Shown here piece by piece: positions 25,901 to 40,900 of a DNA stretch of 64,000 nucleotides. How positions within the stretch are numbered: the first letter of the stretch is position 1; every line of letters starts with the position of its first letter. The notes beneath the pieces were generated by a model. The model was not told the origin of the DNA. It made no database searches and worked only from the letters and a program-made list of their open reading frames with translations. A program made the position numbers and the translations under genes. Source of the DNA: the human T2T-CHM13v2.0 reference genome, Homo sapiens; NCBI RefSeq assembly GCF_009914755.1, contig NC_060942.1. The stretch is one strand, 5' to 3'.

Positions 25901-28900
25901 TGATTGCATTCAAGTCACAGAATTGAACATTCCCTTTCACAGAGCAGGTTTGAAACACTCTTTTTGTAGTGTGTGTAAGTGGACATTTGGAGCACTTACC
26001 GGCCTAAGGTGAAAAAGGAAATATCTTCCCATAAAAACTAGACAGAAGCATTCTCAGAAACTTACTCGTGATGTGTGTCCTCAACTAAAGGAGTAGAACC
26101 TTTCTTTTCATAGAGAAGTTTTGAAACGCTCTTTTTGTGGAATCTGCAAGTGGATATTTGGCTAGTTTTGAGGATTTCGTTGGAAGCGGGAATTCATACA
26201 AATTGCAGACTGCAGCGTTCTGAGAAACATCTTTGTGATGTTTGTATTCAGGACACAGAGTTGAACATTCCCTATCATAGAGCAGGTTTGAATCACTCCT
26301 TTTGTAGTATCTGGAAGTGGACATTTGGAGCGCTTTCAGGCCTATGTTGGAAAAGGAAATATCTTCCCATAACAACTAGACAGAAGCATTCTCAGAAACT
26401 TATTTGAGATGTGTGTACTCAACTAAGAGAATTGAACCACCGTTTTGAAGGAGCAGTTTTGAAACACTCTTTTTCTGGAATCTGCAAGTGGATATTTGGC
26501 TAGCTTTGGGGATTTCGCTGGAAGCGGGAATACATATAAAAAGCACACAGCAGCGTTCTGAGAAACTGCTTTCTGATGTTTGCATTCAAGTCAAAAGTTG
26601 AACACTCCCTTTCATAGAGCAGTCCTGAAACACTCCTTTTGTAGTATCTGGAACTGGACTTTTGGAGCGCTTTCAGGGCTAAGGTGAAAAAGGAAATATC
26701 TTCCCATAAAAACTGGACAGAAGCATTCTCAGAAACTTGTTTATGCTGTATCTACTCAACTAACAAAGTTGAACCTTTCTTTTGATAGAGCAGTTTTGAA
26801 ATGCTCTTTTTGTGGAATCTGCAAGTGGATATTTGGCTAGTTTTGAGGATTTCGTTGGAAGCGGGAATTCATACAAATTGCAGACTGCAGCGTTCTGAGA
26901 AACATCTTTGTGATGTTTGTATTCAGGACAGAGAGTTGAACATTCCCTATCATAGAGCAGGTTGGAATCACTCCTTTTGTAGTATCTGGAAGTGGACATT
27001 TGGAGCGCTTTCAGGCCTATGTTGAAAAAGGAAATATCTTCCCATAACAACTAGACACAAGCATTCTCAGAAACTTGTTTGTGATGTGTGCCCTCTACTG
27101 ACAGAGTTGAACCTTTCTTTTCATAGAGCAGTTTTGAAACACTCTTTTTGTAGAATCTGCAAGAGGATATTTGCATAGCTTTGAGGATTTCGTGGGAAAC
27201 GGGATTGTCTTCAGGTAAAATCTAGACAGAAGCATTCTCAGAAACTTCTTTGGGATGTTTGCATTCAAGTCACAGAGCAGAACATTCCCTTTGGTAGAGC
27301 AGGTTTGAAACACTCTTTTTGTAGTATCTGGAAGTGGAAATTTGGAGCGCTTTCAGGCCTATGTTGGAAAGGGAAATATCTTCCCGTAACAACTAGGCAG
27401 AAGCATTCTCAGAAACTTATTTGAGATGTGTGTACTCAACTAAGAGAATTGAACCACCGTTTTGAAGGAGCAGTTTTGAAACACTCTTTTTCTGGAATCT
27501 GCAAGAGGATATTTGCCTAGCCTTGAGGATTTCGTTGGAAACGGGATTGTCTTCAGATCAAATCTAGACAGAAGCATTCTCAGAAACTTCTTTGGGATGT
27601 TTGCATTCATGTCACACAGTAGAACATTCCCTTTGGTAGAGCAGGTTTGAAACACTCTTTTTTAAGTATATGGAAGTGGACATTTGGAGCGCTTTCAGGC
27701 CTACGTTGGAAAAGGAAATATCTTCCCATAACAACTAGACAGAAGCATTCTCAGAAACTAGTTTCTGATGTGTGTCCTCAACTAACACAGTTGAACATTT
27801 CTTTAGACAGAACAGTTTTGAAACACTCTTTTTGTGGAATCTGCAAGTGGCTATTTGGCTAGATTTGAGGATTTCGTTGGAAACGGGATTACATATAAAA
27901 AGCAGACAGCAGCATTCTCAGAAAGTTCTTTGTGATGATTGCATTCAAGTCACAGAATTGAACATTCCCTTTCACAGAGCAGGTTTGAAACACTCTTTTT
28001 GTAGTGTGTGTAAGTGGACATTTGGAGCACTTACCGGCCTAAGGTGAAAAAGGAAATATCTTCCCATAAAAACTAGACAGAAGCATTCTCAGAAACTTAC
28101 TCGTGATGTGTGTCCTCAACTAAAGGAGTAGAACCTTTCTTTTCATAGAGAAGTTTTGAAACGCTCTTTTTGTGGAATCTGCAAGTGGATATTTGGCTAG
28201 TTTTGAGGATTTCGTTGGAAGCGGGAATTCATACAAATTGCAGACTGCAGCGTTCTGAGAAACATCTTTGTGATGTTTGTATTCAGGACACAGAGTTGAA
28301 CATTCCCTATCATAGAGCAGGTTTGAATCACTCCTTTTGTAGTATCTGGAAGTGGACATTTGGAGCGCTTTCAGGCCTATGTTGGAAAAGGAAATATCTT
28401 CCCATAACAACTAGACAGAAGCATTCTCAGAAACTTATTTGAGATGTGTGTACTCAACTAAGAGAATTGAACCACCGTTTTGAAGGAGCAGTTTTGAAAC
28501 ACTCTTTTTCTGGAATCTGCAAGTGGATATTTGGCTAGCTTTGGGGATTTCGCTGGAAGCGGGAATACATATAAAAAGCACACAGCAGCATTCTGAGAAA
28601 CTGCTTTCTGATGTTTGCATTCAAGTCAAAAGTTGAACACTCCCTTTCATAGAGCAGTCCTGAAACACTCCTTTTGTAGTATCTGGAACTGGACTTTTGG
28701 AGCGCTTTCAGGGCTAAGGTGAAAAAGGAAATATCTTCCCATAAAAACTGGACAGAAGCATTCTCAGAAACTTGTTTATGCTGTATCTACTCAACTAACA
28801 AAGTTGAACCTTTCTTTTGATAGAGCAGTTTTGAAATGCTCTTTTTGTGGAATCTGCAAGTGGATATTTGGCTAGTTTTGAGGATTTCGTTGGAAGCGGG

Positions 28901-31900
28901 AATTCATACAAATTGCAGACTGCAGCGTTCTGAGAAACATCTTTGTGATGTTTGTATTCAGGACAGAGAGTTGAACATTCCCTATCATAGAGCAGGTTGG
29001 AATCACTCCTTTTGTAGTATCTGGAAGTGGACATTTGGAGCGCTTTCAGGCCTATGTTGAAAAAGGAAATATCTTCCCATAACAACTAGACACAAGCATT
29101 CTCAGAAACTTGTTTGTGATGTGTGCCCTCTACTGACAGAGTTGAACCTTTCTTTTCATAGAGCAGTTTTGAAACACTCTTTTTGTAGAATCTGCAAGAG
29201 GATATTTGCATAGCTTTGAGGATTTCGTGGGAAACGGGATTGTCTTCAGGTAAAATCTAGACAGAAGCATTCTCAGAAACTTCTTTGGGATGTTTGCATT
29301 CAAGTCACAGAGCAGAACATTCCCTTTGGTAGAGCAGGTTTGAAACACTCTTTTTGTAGTATCTGGAAGTGGACATTTGGAGCGCTTTCAGGCCTATGTT
29401 GGAAAGGGAAATATCTTCCCGTAACAACTAGGCAGAAGCATTCTCAGAAACTTATTTGAGATGTGTGTACTCAACTAAGAGAATTGAACCACCGTTTTGA
29501 AGGAGCAGTTTTGAAACACTCTTTTTCTGGAATCTGCAAGAGGATATTTGCCTAGCCTTGAGGATTTCGTTGGAAACGGGATTGTCTTCAGATCAAATCT
29601 AGACAGAAGCATTCTCAGAAACTTCTTTGGGATGTTTGCATTCATGTCACACAGTAGAACATTCCCTTTGGTAGAGCAGGTTTGAAACACTCTTTTTTAA
29701 GTATATGGAAGTGGACATTTGGAGCGCTTTCAGGCCTACGTTGGAAAAGGAAATATCTTCCCATAACAACTAGACAGAAGCATTCTCAGAAACTAGTTTC
29801 TGATGTGTGTCCTCAACTAACACAGTTGAACATTTCTTTAGACAGAACAGTTTTGAAACACTCTTTTTGTGGAATCTGCAAGTGGCTATTTGGCTAGATT
29901 TGAGGATTTCGTTGGAAACGGGATTACATATAAAAAGCAGACAGCAGCATTCTCAGAAAGTTCTTTGTGATGATTGCATTCAAGTCACAGAATTGAACAT
30001 TCCCTTTCACAGAGCAGGTTTGAAACACTCTTTTTGTAGTGTGTGTAAGTGGACATTTGGAGCACTTACCGGCCTAAGGTGAAAAAGGAAATATCTTCCC
30101 ATAAAAACTAGACAGAAGCATTCTCAGAAACTTACTCGTGATGTGTGTCCTCAACTAAAGGAGTAGAACCTTTCTTTTCATAGAGAAGTTTTGAAACGCT
30201 CTTTTTGTGGAATCTGCAAGTGGATATTTGGCTAGTTTGGAGGATTTCGTTGGAAGCGGGAATTCATACAAATTGCAGACTGCAGCGTTCTGAGAAACAT
30301 CTTTGTGATGTTTGTATTCAGGACACAGAGTTGAACATTCCCTATCATAGAGCAGGTTTGAATCACTCCTTTTGTAGTATCTGGAAGTGGACATTTGGAG
30401 CGCTTTCAGGCCTATGTTGGAAAAGGAAATATCTTCCCATAACAACTAGACAGAAGCATTCTCAGAAACTTATTTGAGATGTGTGTACTCAACTAAGAGA
30501 ATTGAACCACCGTTTTGAAGGAGCAGTTTTGAAACACTCTTTTTCTGGAATCTGCAAGTGGATATTTGGCTAGCTTTGGGGATTTCGCTGGAAGCGGGAA
30601 TACATATAAAAAGCACACAGCAGCGTTCTGAGAAACTGCTTTCTGATGTTTGCATTCAAGTCAAAAGTTGAACACTCCCTTTCATAGAGCAGTCCTGAAA
30701 CACTCCTTTTGTAGTATCTGGAACTGGACTTTTGGAGCGCTTTCAGGGCTAAGGTGAAAAAGGAAATATCTTCCCATAAAAACTGGACAGAAGCATTCTC
30801 AGAAACTTGTTTATGCTGTATCTACTCAACTAACAAAGTTGAACCTTTCTTTTGATAGAGCAGTTTTGAAATGCTCTTTTTGTGGAATCTGCAAGTGGAT
30901 ATTTGGCTAGTTTTGAGGATTTCGTTGGAAGCGGGAATTCATACAAATTGCAGACTGCAGCGTTCTGAGAAACATCTTTGTGATGTTTGTATTCAGGACA
31001 GAGAGTTGAACATTCCCTATCATAGAGCAGGTTGGAATCACTCCTTTTGTAGTATCTGGAAGTGGACATTTGGAGCGCTTTCAGGCCTATGTTGAAAAAG
31101 GAAATATCTTCCCATAACAACTAGACACAAGCATTCTCAGAAACTTGTTTGTGATGTGTGCCCTCTACTGACAGAGTTGAACCTTTCTTTTCATAGAGCA
31201 GTTTTGAAACACTCTTTTTGTAGAATCTGCAAGAGGATATTTGCATAGCTTTGAGGATTTCGTGGGAAACGGGATTGTCTTCAGGTAAAATCTAGACAGA
31301 AGCATTCTCAGAAACTTCTTTGGGATGTTTCCATTCAAGTCACAGAGCAGAACATTCCCTTTGGTAGAGCAGGTTTGAAACACTCTTTTTGTAGTATCTG
31401 GAAGTGGACATTTGGAGCGCTTTCAGGCCTATGTTGGAAAGGGAAATATCTTCCCGTAACAACTAGGCAGAAGCATTCTCAGAAACTTATTTGAGATGTG
31501 TGTACTCAACTAAGAGAATTGAACCACCGTTTTGAAGGAGCAGTTTTGAAACACTCTTTTTCTGGAATCTGCAAGAGGATATTTGCCTAGCCTTGAGGAT
31601 TTCGTTGGAAACGGGATTGTCTTCAGATCAAATCTAGACAGAAGCATTCTCAGAAACTTCTTTGGGATGTTTGCATTCATGTCACAGAGTAGAACATTCC
31701 CTTTGGTAGAGCAGGTTTGAAGCACTCTTTTTTAAGTATATGGAAGTGGACATTTGGAGCGCTTTCAGGCCTACGTTGGAAAAGGAAATATCTTCCCATA
31801 ACAACTAGACAGAAGCATTCTCAGAAACTAGTTTCTGATGTGTGTCCTCAACTAACACAGTTGAACATTTCTTTAGACAGAACAGTTTTGAAACACTCTT

Positions 31901-34900
31901 TTTGTGGAATCTGCAAGTGGCTATTTGGCTAGATTTGAGGATTTCGTTGGAAACGGGATTACATATAAAAAGCAGACAGCAGCATTCTCAGAAAGTTCTT
32001 TGTGATGATTGCATTCAAGTCACAGAATTGAACATTCCCTTTCACAGAGCAGGTTTGAAACACTCTTTTTGTAGTGTGTGTAAGTGGACATTTGGAGCAC
32101 TTACCGGCCTAAGGTGAAAAAGGAAATATCTTCCCATAAAAACTAGACAGAAGCATTCTCAGAAACTTACTCGTGATGTGTGTCCTCAACTAAAGGAGTA
32201 GAACCTTTCTTTTCATAGAGAAGTTTTGAAACGCTCTTTTTGTGGAATCTGCAAGTGGATATTTGGCTAGTTTTGAGGATTTCGTTGGAAGCGGGAATTC
32301 ATACAAATTGCAGACTGCAGCGTTCTGAGAAACATCTTTGTGATGTTTGTATTCAGGACACAGAGTTGAACATTCCCTATCATAGAGCAGGTTTGAATCA
32401 CTCCTTTTGTAGTATCTGGAAGTGGACATTTGGAGCGCTTTCAGGCCTATGTTGGAAAAGGAAATATCTTCCCATAACAACTAGACAGAAGCATTCTCAG
32501 AAACTTATTTGAGATGTGTGTACTCAACTAAGAGAATTGAACCACCGTTTTGAAGGAGCAGTTTTGAAACACTCTTTTTCTGGAATCTGCAAGTGGATAT
32601 TTGGCTAGCTTTGGGGATTTCGCTGGAAGCGGGAATACATATAAAAAGCACACAGCAGCGTTCTGAGAAACTGCTTTCTGATGTTTGCATTCAAGTCAAA
32701 AGTTGAACACTCCCTTTCATAGAGCAGTCCTGAAACACTCCTTTTGTAGTATCTGGAACTGGACTTTTGGAGCGCTTTCAGGGCTAAGGTGAAAAAGGAA
32801 ATATCTTCCCATAAAAACTGGACAGAAGCATTCTCAGAAACTTGTTTATGCTGTATCTACTCAACTAACAAATTTGAACCTTTCTTTTGATAGAGCAGTT
32901 TTGAAATGCTCTTTTTGTGGAATCTGCAAGTGGATATTTGGCTAGTTTTGAGGATTTCGTTGGAAGCGGGAATTCATACAAATTGCAGACTGCAGCGTTC
33001 TGAGAAACATCTTTGTGATGTTTGTATTCAGGACAGAGAGTTGAACATTCCCTATCATAGAGCAGGTTGGAATCACTCCTTTTGTAGTATCTGGAAGTGG
33101 ACATTTGGAGCGCTTTCAGGCCTATGTTGAAAAAGGAAATATCTTCCCATAACAACTAGACACAAGCATTCTCAGAAACTTGTTTGTGATGTGTGCCCTC
33201 TACTGACAGAGTTGAACCTTTCTTTTCATAGAGCAGTTTTGAAACACTCTTTTTGTAGAATCTGCAAGAGGATATTTGCATAGCTTTGAGGATTTCGTGG
33301 GAAACGGGATTGTCTTCAGGTAAAATCTAGACAGAAGCATTCTCAGAAACTTCTTTGGGATGTTTCCATTCAAGTCACAGAGCAGAACATTCCCTTTGGT
33401 AGAGCAGGTTTGAAACACTCTTTTTGTAGTATCTGGAAGTGGACATTTGGAGCGCTTTCAGGCCTATGTTGGAAAGGGAAATATCTTCCCGTAACAACTA
33501 GGCAGAAGCATTCTCAGAAACTTATTTGAGATGTGTGTACTCAACTAAGAGAATTGAACCACCGTTTTGAAGGAGCAGTTTTGAAACACTCTTTTTCTGG
33601 AATCTGCAAGAGGATATTTGCCTAGCCTTGAGGATTTCGTTGGAAACGGGATTGTCTTCAGATCAAATCTAGACAGAAGCATTCTCAGAAACTTCTTTGG
33701 GATGTTTGCATTCAAGTCACAGAGTAGAACATTCCCTTTGGTAGAGCAGGTTTGAAACACTCTTTTTTAAGTATATGGAAGTGGACATTTGGAGCGCTTT
33801 CAGTCCTACGTTGGAAAAGGAAATATCTTCCCATAACAACTAGACAGAAGCATTCTCAGAAACTAGTTTCTGATGTGTGTCCTCAACTAACACAGTTGAA
33901 CATTTCTTTAGACAGAACAGTTTTGAAACACTCTTTTTGTGGAATCTGCAAGTGGCTATTTGGCTAGATTTGAGGATTTCGTTGGAAACGGGATTACATG
34001 TAAAAAGCAGACAGCAGCATTCTCAGAAAGTTCTTTGTGATGATTGCATTCAAGTCACAGAATTGAACATTCCCTTTCACAGAGCAGGTTTGAAACACTC
34101 TTTTTGTAGTGTGTGTAAGTGGACATTTGGAGCACTTTCCGGCCTAAGGTGAAAAAGGAAATATCTTCCCATAAAAACTAGACAGAAGCATTCTCAGAAA
34201 CTTACTCGTGATGTGTGTCCTCAACTAAAGGAGTAGAACCTTTCTTTTCATAGAGAAGTTTTGAAACGCTCTTTTTGTGGAATCTGCAAGTGGATATTTG
34301 GCTAGTTTGGAGGATTTCGTTGGAAGCGGGAATTCATACAAATTGCAGACTGCAGCGTTCTGAGAAACATCTTTGTGATGTTTGTATTCAGGACACAGAG
34401 TTGAACATTCCCTATCATAGAGCAGGTTTGAATCACTCCTTTTGTAGTATCTGGAAGTGGACATTTGGAGCGCTTTCAGGCCTATGTTGGAAAAGGAAAT
34501 ATCTTCCCATAACAACTAGACAGAAGCATTCTCAGAAACTTATTTGAGATGTGTGTACTCAACTAAGAGAATTGAACCACCGTTTTGAAGGAGCAGTTTT
34601 GAAACACTCTTTTTCTGGAATCTGCAAGTGGATATTTGGCTAGCTTTGGGGATTTCGCTGGAAGCGGGAATACATATAAAAAGCACACAGCAGCGTTCTG
34701 AGAAACTGCTTTCTGATGTTTGCATTCAAGTCAAAAGTTGAACACTCCCTTTCATAGAGCAGTCCTGAAACACTCCTTTTGTAGTATCTGGAACTGGACT
34801 TTTGGAGCGCTTTCAGGGCTAAGGTGAAAAAGGAAATATCTTCCCATAAAAACTGGACAGAAGCATTCTCAGAAACTTGTTTATGCTGTATCTACTCAAC

Positions 34901-37900
34901 TAACAAATTTGAACCTTTCTTTTGATAGAGCAGTTTTGAAATGCTCTTTTTGTGGAATCTGCAAGTGGATATTTGGCTAGTTTTGAGGATTTCGTTGGAA
35001 GCGGGAATTCATACAAATTGCAGACTGCAGCGTTCTGAGAAACATCTTTGTGATGTTTGTATTCAGGACAGAGAGTTGAACATTCCCTATCATAGAGCAG
35101 GTTGGAATCACTCCTTTTGTAGTATCTGGAAGTGGACATTTGGAGCGCTTTCAGGCCTATGTTGAAAAAGGAAATATCTTCCCATAACAACTAGACACAA
35201 GCATTCTCAGAAACTTGTTTGTGATGTGTGCCCTCTACTGACAGAGTTGAACCTTTCTTTTCATAGAGCAGTTTTGAAACACTCTTTTTGTAGAATCTGC
35301 AAGAGGATATTTGCATAGCTTTGAGGATTTCGTGGGAAACGGGATTGTCTTCAGGTAAAATCTAGACAGAAGCATTCTCAGAAACTTCTTTGGGATGTTT
35401 CCATTCAAGTCACAGAGCAGAACATTCCCTTTGGTAGAGCAGGTTTGAAACACTCTTTTTGTAGTATCTGGAAGTGGACATTTGGAGCGCTTTCAGGCCT
35501 ATGTTGGAAAGGGAAATATCTTCCCGTAACAACTAGGCAGAAGCATTCTCAGAAACTTATTTGAGATGTGTGTACTCAACTAAGAGAATTGAACCACCGT
35601 TTTGAAGGAGCAGTTTTGAAACACTCTTTTTCTGGAATCTGCAAGAGGATATTTGCCTAGCCTTGAGGATTTCGTTGGAAACGGGATTGTCTTCAGATCA
35701 AATCTAGACAGAAGCATTCTCAGAAACTTCTTTGGGATGTTTGCATTCAAGTCACAGAGTAGAACATTCCCTTTGGTAGAGCAGGTTTGAAACACTCTTT
35801 TTTAAGTATATGGAAGTGGACATTTGGAGCGCTTTCAGTCCTACGTTGGAAAAGGAAATATCTTCCCATAACAACTAGACAGAAGCATTCTCAGAAACTA
35901 GTTTCTGATGTGTGTCCTCAACTAACACAGTTGAACATTTCTTTAGACAGAACAGTTTTGAAACACTCTTTTTGTGGAATCTGCAAGTGGCTATTTGGCT
36001 AGATTTGAGGATTTCGTTGGAAACGGGATTACATGTAAAAAGCAGACAGCAGCATTCTCAGAAAGTTCTTTGTGATGATTGCATTCAAGTCACAGAATTG
36101 AACATTCCCTTTCACAGAGCAGGTTTGAAACACTCTTTTTGTAGTGTGTGTAAGTGGACATTTGGAGCACTTTCCGGCCTAAGGTGAAAAAGGAAATATC
36201 TTCCCATAAAAACTAGACAGAAGCATTCTCAGAAACTTACTCGTGATGTGTGTCCTCAACTAAAGGAGTAGAACCTTTGTTTTCATAGAGAAGTTTTGAA
36301 ACGCTCTTTTTGTGGAATCTGCAAGTGGATATTTGGCTAGTTTGGAGGATTTCGTTGGAAGCGGGAATTCATACAAATTGCAGACTGCAGCGTTCTGAGA
36401 AACATCTTTGTGATGTTTGTATTCAGGACACAGAGTTGAACATTCCCTATCATAGAGCAGGTTTGAATCACTCCTTTTGTAGTATCTGGAAGTGGACATT
36501 TGGAGCGCTTTCAGGCCTATGTTGGAAAAGGAAATATCTTCCCATAACAACTAGACAGAAGCATTCTCAGAAACTTATTTGAGATGTGTGTACTCAACTA
36601 AGAGAATTGAACCACCGTTTTGAAGGAGCAGTTTTGAAACACTCTTTTTCTGGAATCTGCAAGTGGATATTTGGCTAGCTTTGGGGATTTCGCTGGAAGC
36701 GGGAATACATATAAAAAGCACACAGCAGCGTTCTGAGAAACTGCTTTCTGATGTTTGCATTCAAGTCAAAAGTTGAACACTCCCTTTCATAGAGCAGTCC
36801 TGAAACACTCCTTTTGTAGTATCTGGAACTGGACTTTTGGAGCGCTTTCAGGGCTAAGGTGAAAAAGGAAATATCTTCCCATAAAAACTGGACAGAAGCA
36901 TTCTCAGAAACTTGTTTATGCTGTATCTACTCAACTAACAAAGTTGAACCTTTCTTTTGATAGAGCAGTTTTGAAATGCTCTTTTTGTGGAATCTGCAAG
37001 TGGATATTTGGCTAGTTTTGAGGATTTCGTTGGAAGCGGGAATTCATACAAATTGCAGACTGCAGCGTTCTGAGAAACATCTTTGTGATGTTTGTATTCA
37101 GGACAGAGAGTTGAACATTCCCTATCATAGAGCAGGTTGGAATCACTCCTTTTGTAGTATCTGGAAGTGGACATTTGGAGCGCTTTCAGGCCTATGTTGA
37201 AAAAGGAAATATCTTCCCATAACAACTAGACACAAGCATTCTCAGAAACTTGTTTGTGATGTGTGCCCTCTACTGACAGAGTTGAACCTTTCTTTTCATA
37301 GAGCAGTTTTGAAACACTCTTTTTGTAGAATCTGCAAGAGGATATTTGCATAGCTTTGAGGATTTCGTGGGAAACGGGATTGTCTTCAGGTAAAATCTAG
37401 ACAGAAGCATTCTCAGAAACTTCTTTGGGATGTTTGCATTCAAGTCACAGAGCAGAACATTCCCTTTGGTAGAGCAGGTTTGAAACACTCTTTTTGTAGT
37501 ATCTGGAAGTGGACATTTGGAGCGCTTTCAGGCCTATGTTGGAAAGGGAAATATCTTCCCGTAACAACTAGGCAGAAGCATTCTCAGAAACTTATTTGAG
37601 ATGTGTGTACTCAACTAAGAGAATTGAACCACCGTTTTGAAGGAGCAGTTTTGAAACACTCTTTTTCTGGAATCTGCAAGAGGATATTTGCCTAGCCTTG
37701 AGGATTTCGTTGGAAACGGGATTGTCTTCAGATCAAATCTAGACAGAAGCATTCTCAGAAACTTCTTTGGGATGTTTGCATTCAAGTCACAGAGTAGAAC
37801 ATTCCCTTTGGTAGAGCAGGTTTGAAACACTCTTTTTTTAGTATATGGAAGTGGACATTTGGAGCGCTTTCAGGCCTACGTTGGAAAAGGAAATATCTTC

Positions 37901-40900
37901 CCATAACAACTAGACAGAAGCATTCTCAGAAACTAGTTTCTGATGTGTGTCCTCAACTAACACAGTTGAACATTTCTTTAGACAGAACAGTTTTGAAACA
38001 CTCTTTTTGTGGAATCTGCAAGTGGCTATTTGGCTAGATTTGAGGATTTCGTTGGAAACGGGATTACATATAAAAAGCAGACAGCAGCATTCTCAGAAAG
38101 TTCTTTGTGATGATTGCATTCAAGTCACAGAATTGAACATTCCCTTTCACAGAGCAGGTTTGAAACACTCTTTTTGTAGTGTGTGTAAGTGGACATTTGG
38201 AGCACTTTCCGGCCTAAGGTGAAAAAGGAAATATCTTCCCATAAAAACTAGACAGAAGCATTCTCAGAAACTTACTCGTGATGTGTGTCCTCAACTAAAG
38301 GAGTAGAACCTTTCTTTTCATAGAGAAGTTTTGAAACGCTCTTTTTGTGGAATCTGCAAGTGGATATTTGGCTAGTTTTGAGGATTTCGTTGGAAGCGGG
38401 AATTCATACAAATTGCAGACTGCAGCGTTCTGAGAAACATCTTTGTGATGTTTGTATTCAGGACACAGAGTTGAACATTCCCTATCATAGAGCAGGTTTG
38501 AATCACTCCTTTTGTAGTATCTGGAAGTGGACATTTGGAGCGCTTTCAGGCCTATGTTGGAAAAGGAAATATCTTCCCATAACAACTAGACAGAAGCATT
38601 CTCAGAAACTTATTTGAGATGTGTGTACTCAACTAAGAGAATTGAACCACCGTTTTGAAGGAGCAGTTTTGAAACACTCTTTTTCTGGAATCTGCAAGTG
38701 GATATTTGGCTAGCTTTGGGGATTTCGCTGGAAGCGGGAATACATATAAAAAGCACACAGCAGCGTTCTGAGAAACTGCTTTCTGATGTTTGCATTCAAG
38801 TCAAAAGTTGAACACTCCCTTTCATAGAGCAGTCCTGAAACACTCCTTTTGTAGTATCTGGAACTGGACTTTTGGAGCGCTTTCAGGGCTAAGGTGAAAA
38901 AGGAAATATCTTCCCATAAAAACTGGACAGAAGCATTCTCAGAAACTTGTTTATGCTGTATCTACTCAACTAACAAAGTTGAACCTTTCTTTTGATAGAG
39001 CAGTTTTGAAATGCTCTTTTTGTGGAATCTGCAAGTGGATATTTGGCTAGTTTTGAGGATTTCGTTGGAAGCGGGAATTCATACAAATTGCAGACTGCAG
39101 CGTTCTGAGAAACATCTTTGTGATGTTTGTATTCAGGACAGAGAGTTGAACATTCCCTATCATAGAGCAGGTTGGAATCACTCCTTTTGTAGTATCTGGA
39201 AGTGGACATTTGGAGCGCTTTCAGGCCTATGTTGAAAAAGGAAATATCTTCCCATAACAACTAGACACAAGCATTCTCAGAAACTTGTTTGTGATGTGTG
39301 CCCTCTACTGACAGAGTTGAACCTTTCTTTTCATAGAGCAGTTTTGAAACACTCTTTTTGTAGAATCTGCAAGAGGATATTTGCATAGCTTTGAGGATTT
39401 CGTGGGAAACGGGATTGTCTTCAGGTAAAATCTAGACAGAAGCATTCTCAGAAACTTCTTTGGGATGTTTGCATTCAAGTCACAGAGCAGAACATTCCCT
39501 TTGGTAGAGCAGGTTTGAAACACTCTTTTTGTAGTATCTGGAAGTGGACATTTGGAGCGCTTTCAGGCCTATGTTGGAAAGGGAAATATCTTCCCGTAAC
39601 AACTAGGCAGAAGCATTCTCAGAAACTTATTTGAGATGTGTGTACTCAACTAAGAGAATTGAACCACCGTTTTGAAGGAGCAGTTTTGAAACACTCTTTT
39701 TCTGGAATCTGCAAGAGGATATTTGCCTAGCCTTGAGGATTTCGTTGGAAACGGGATTGTCTTCAGATCAAATCTAGACAGAAGCATTCTCAGAAACTTC
39801 TTTGGGATGTTTGCATTCATGTCACAGAGTAGAACATTCCCTTTGGTAGAGCAGGTTTGAAACACTCTTTTTTAAGTATATGGAAGTGGACATTTGGAGC
39901 GCTTTCAGGCCTACGTTGGAAAAGGAAATATCTTCCCATAACAACTAGACAGAAGCATTCTCAGAAACTAGTTTCTGATGTGTGTCCTCAACTAACACAG
40001 TTGAACATTTCTTTAGACAGAACAGTTTTGAAACACTCTTTTTGTGGAATCTGCAAGTGGCTATTTGGCTAGATTTGAGGATTTCGTTGGAAACGGGATT
40101 ACATATAAAAAGCAGACAGCAGCATTCTCAGAAAGTTCTTTGTGATGATTGCATTCAAGTCACAGAATTGAACATTCCCTTTCACAGAGCAGGTTTGAAA
40201 CACTCTTTTTGTAGTGTGTGTAAGTGGACATTTGGAGCACTTTCCGGCCTAAGGTGAAAAAGGAAATATCTTCCCATAAAAACTAGACAGAAGCATTCTC
40301 AGAAACTTACTCGTGATGTGTGTCCTCAACTAAAGGAGTAGAACCTTTCTTTTCATAGAGAAGTTTTGAAACGCTCTTTTTGTGGAATCTGCAAGTGGAT
40401 ATTTGGCTAGTTTTGAGGATTTCGTTGGAAGCGGGAATTCATACAAATTGCAGACTGCAGCGTTCTGAGAAACATCTTTGTGATGTTTGTATTCAGGACA
40501 CAGAGTTGAACATTCCCTATCATAGAGCAGGTTTGAATCACTCCTTTTGTAGTATCTGGAAGTGGACATTTGGAGCGCTTTCAGGCCTATGTTGGAAAAG
40601 GAAATATCTTCCCATAACAACTAGACAGAAGCATTCTCAGAAACTTATTTGAGATGTGTGTACTCAACTAAGAGAATTGAACCACCGTTTTGAAGGAGCA
40701 GTTTTGAAACACTCTTTTTCTGGAATCTGCAAGTGGATATTTGGCTAGCTTTGGGGATTTCGCTGGAAGCGGGAATACATATAAAAAGCACACAGCAGCG
40801 TTCTGAGAAACTGCTTTCTGATGTTTGCATTCAAGTCAAAAGTTGAACACTCCCTTTCATAGAGCAGTCCTGAAACACTCCTTTTGTAGTATCTGGAACT

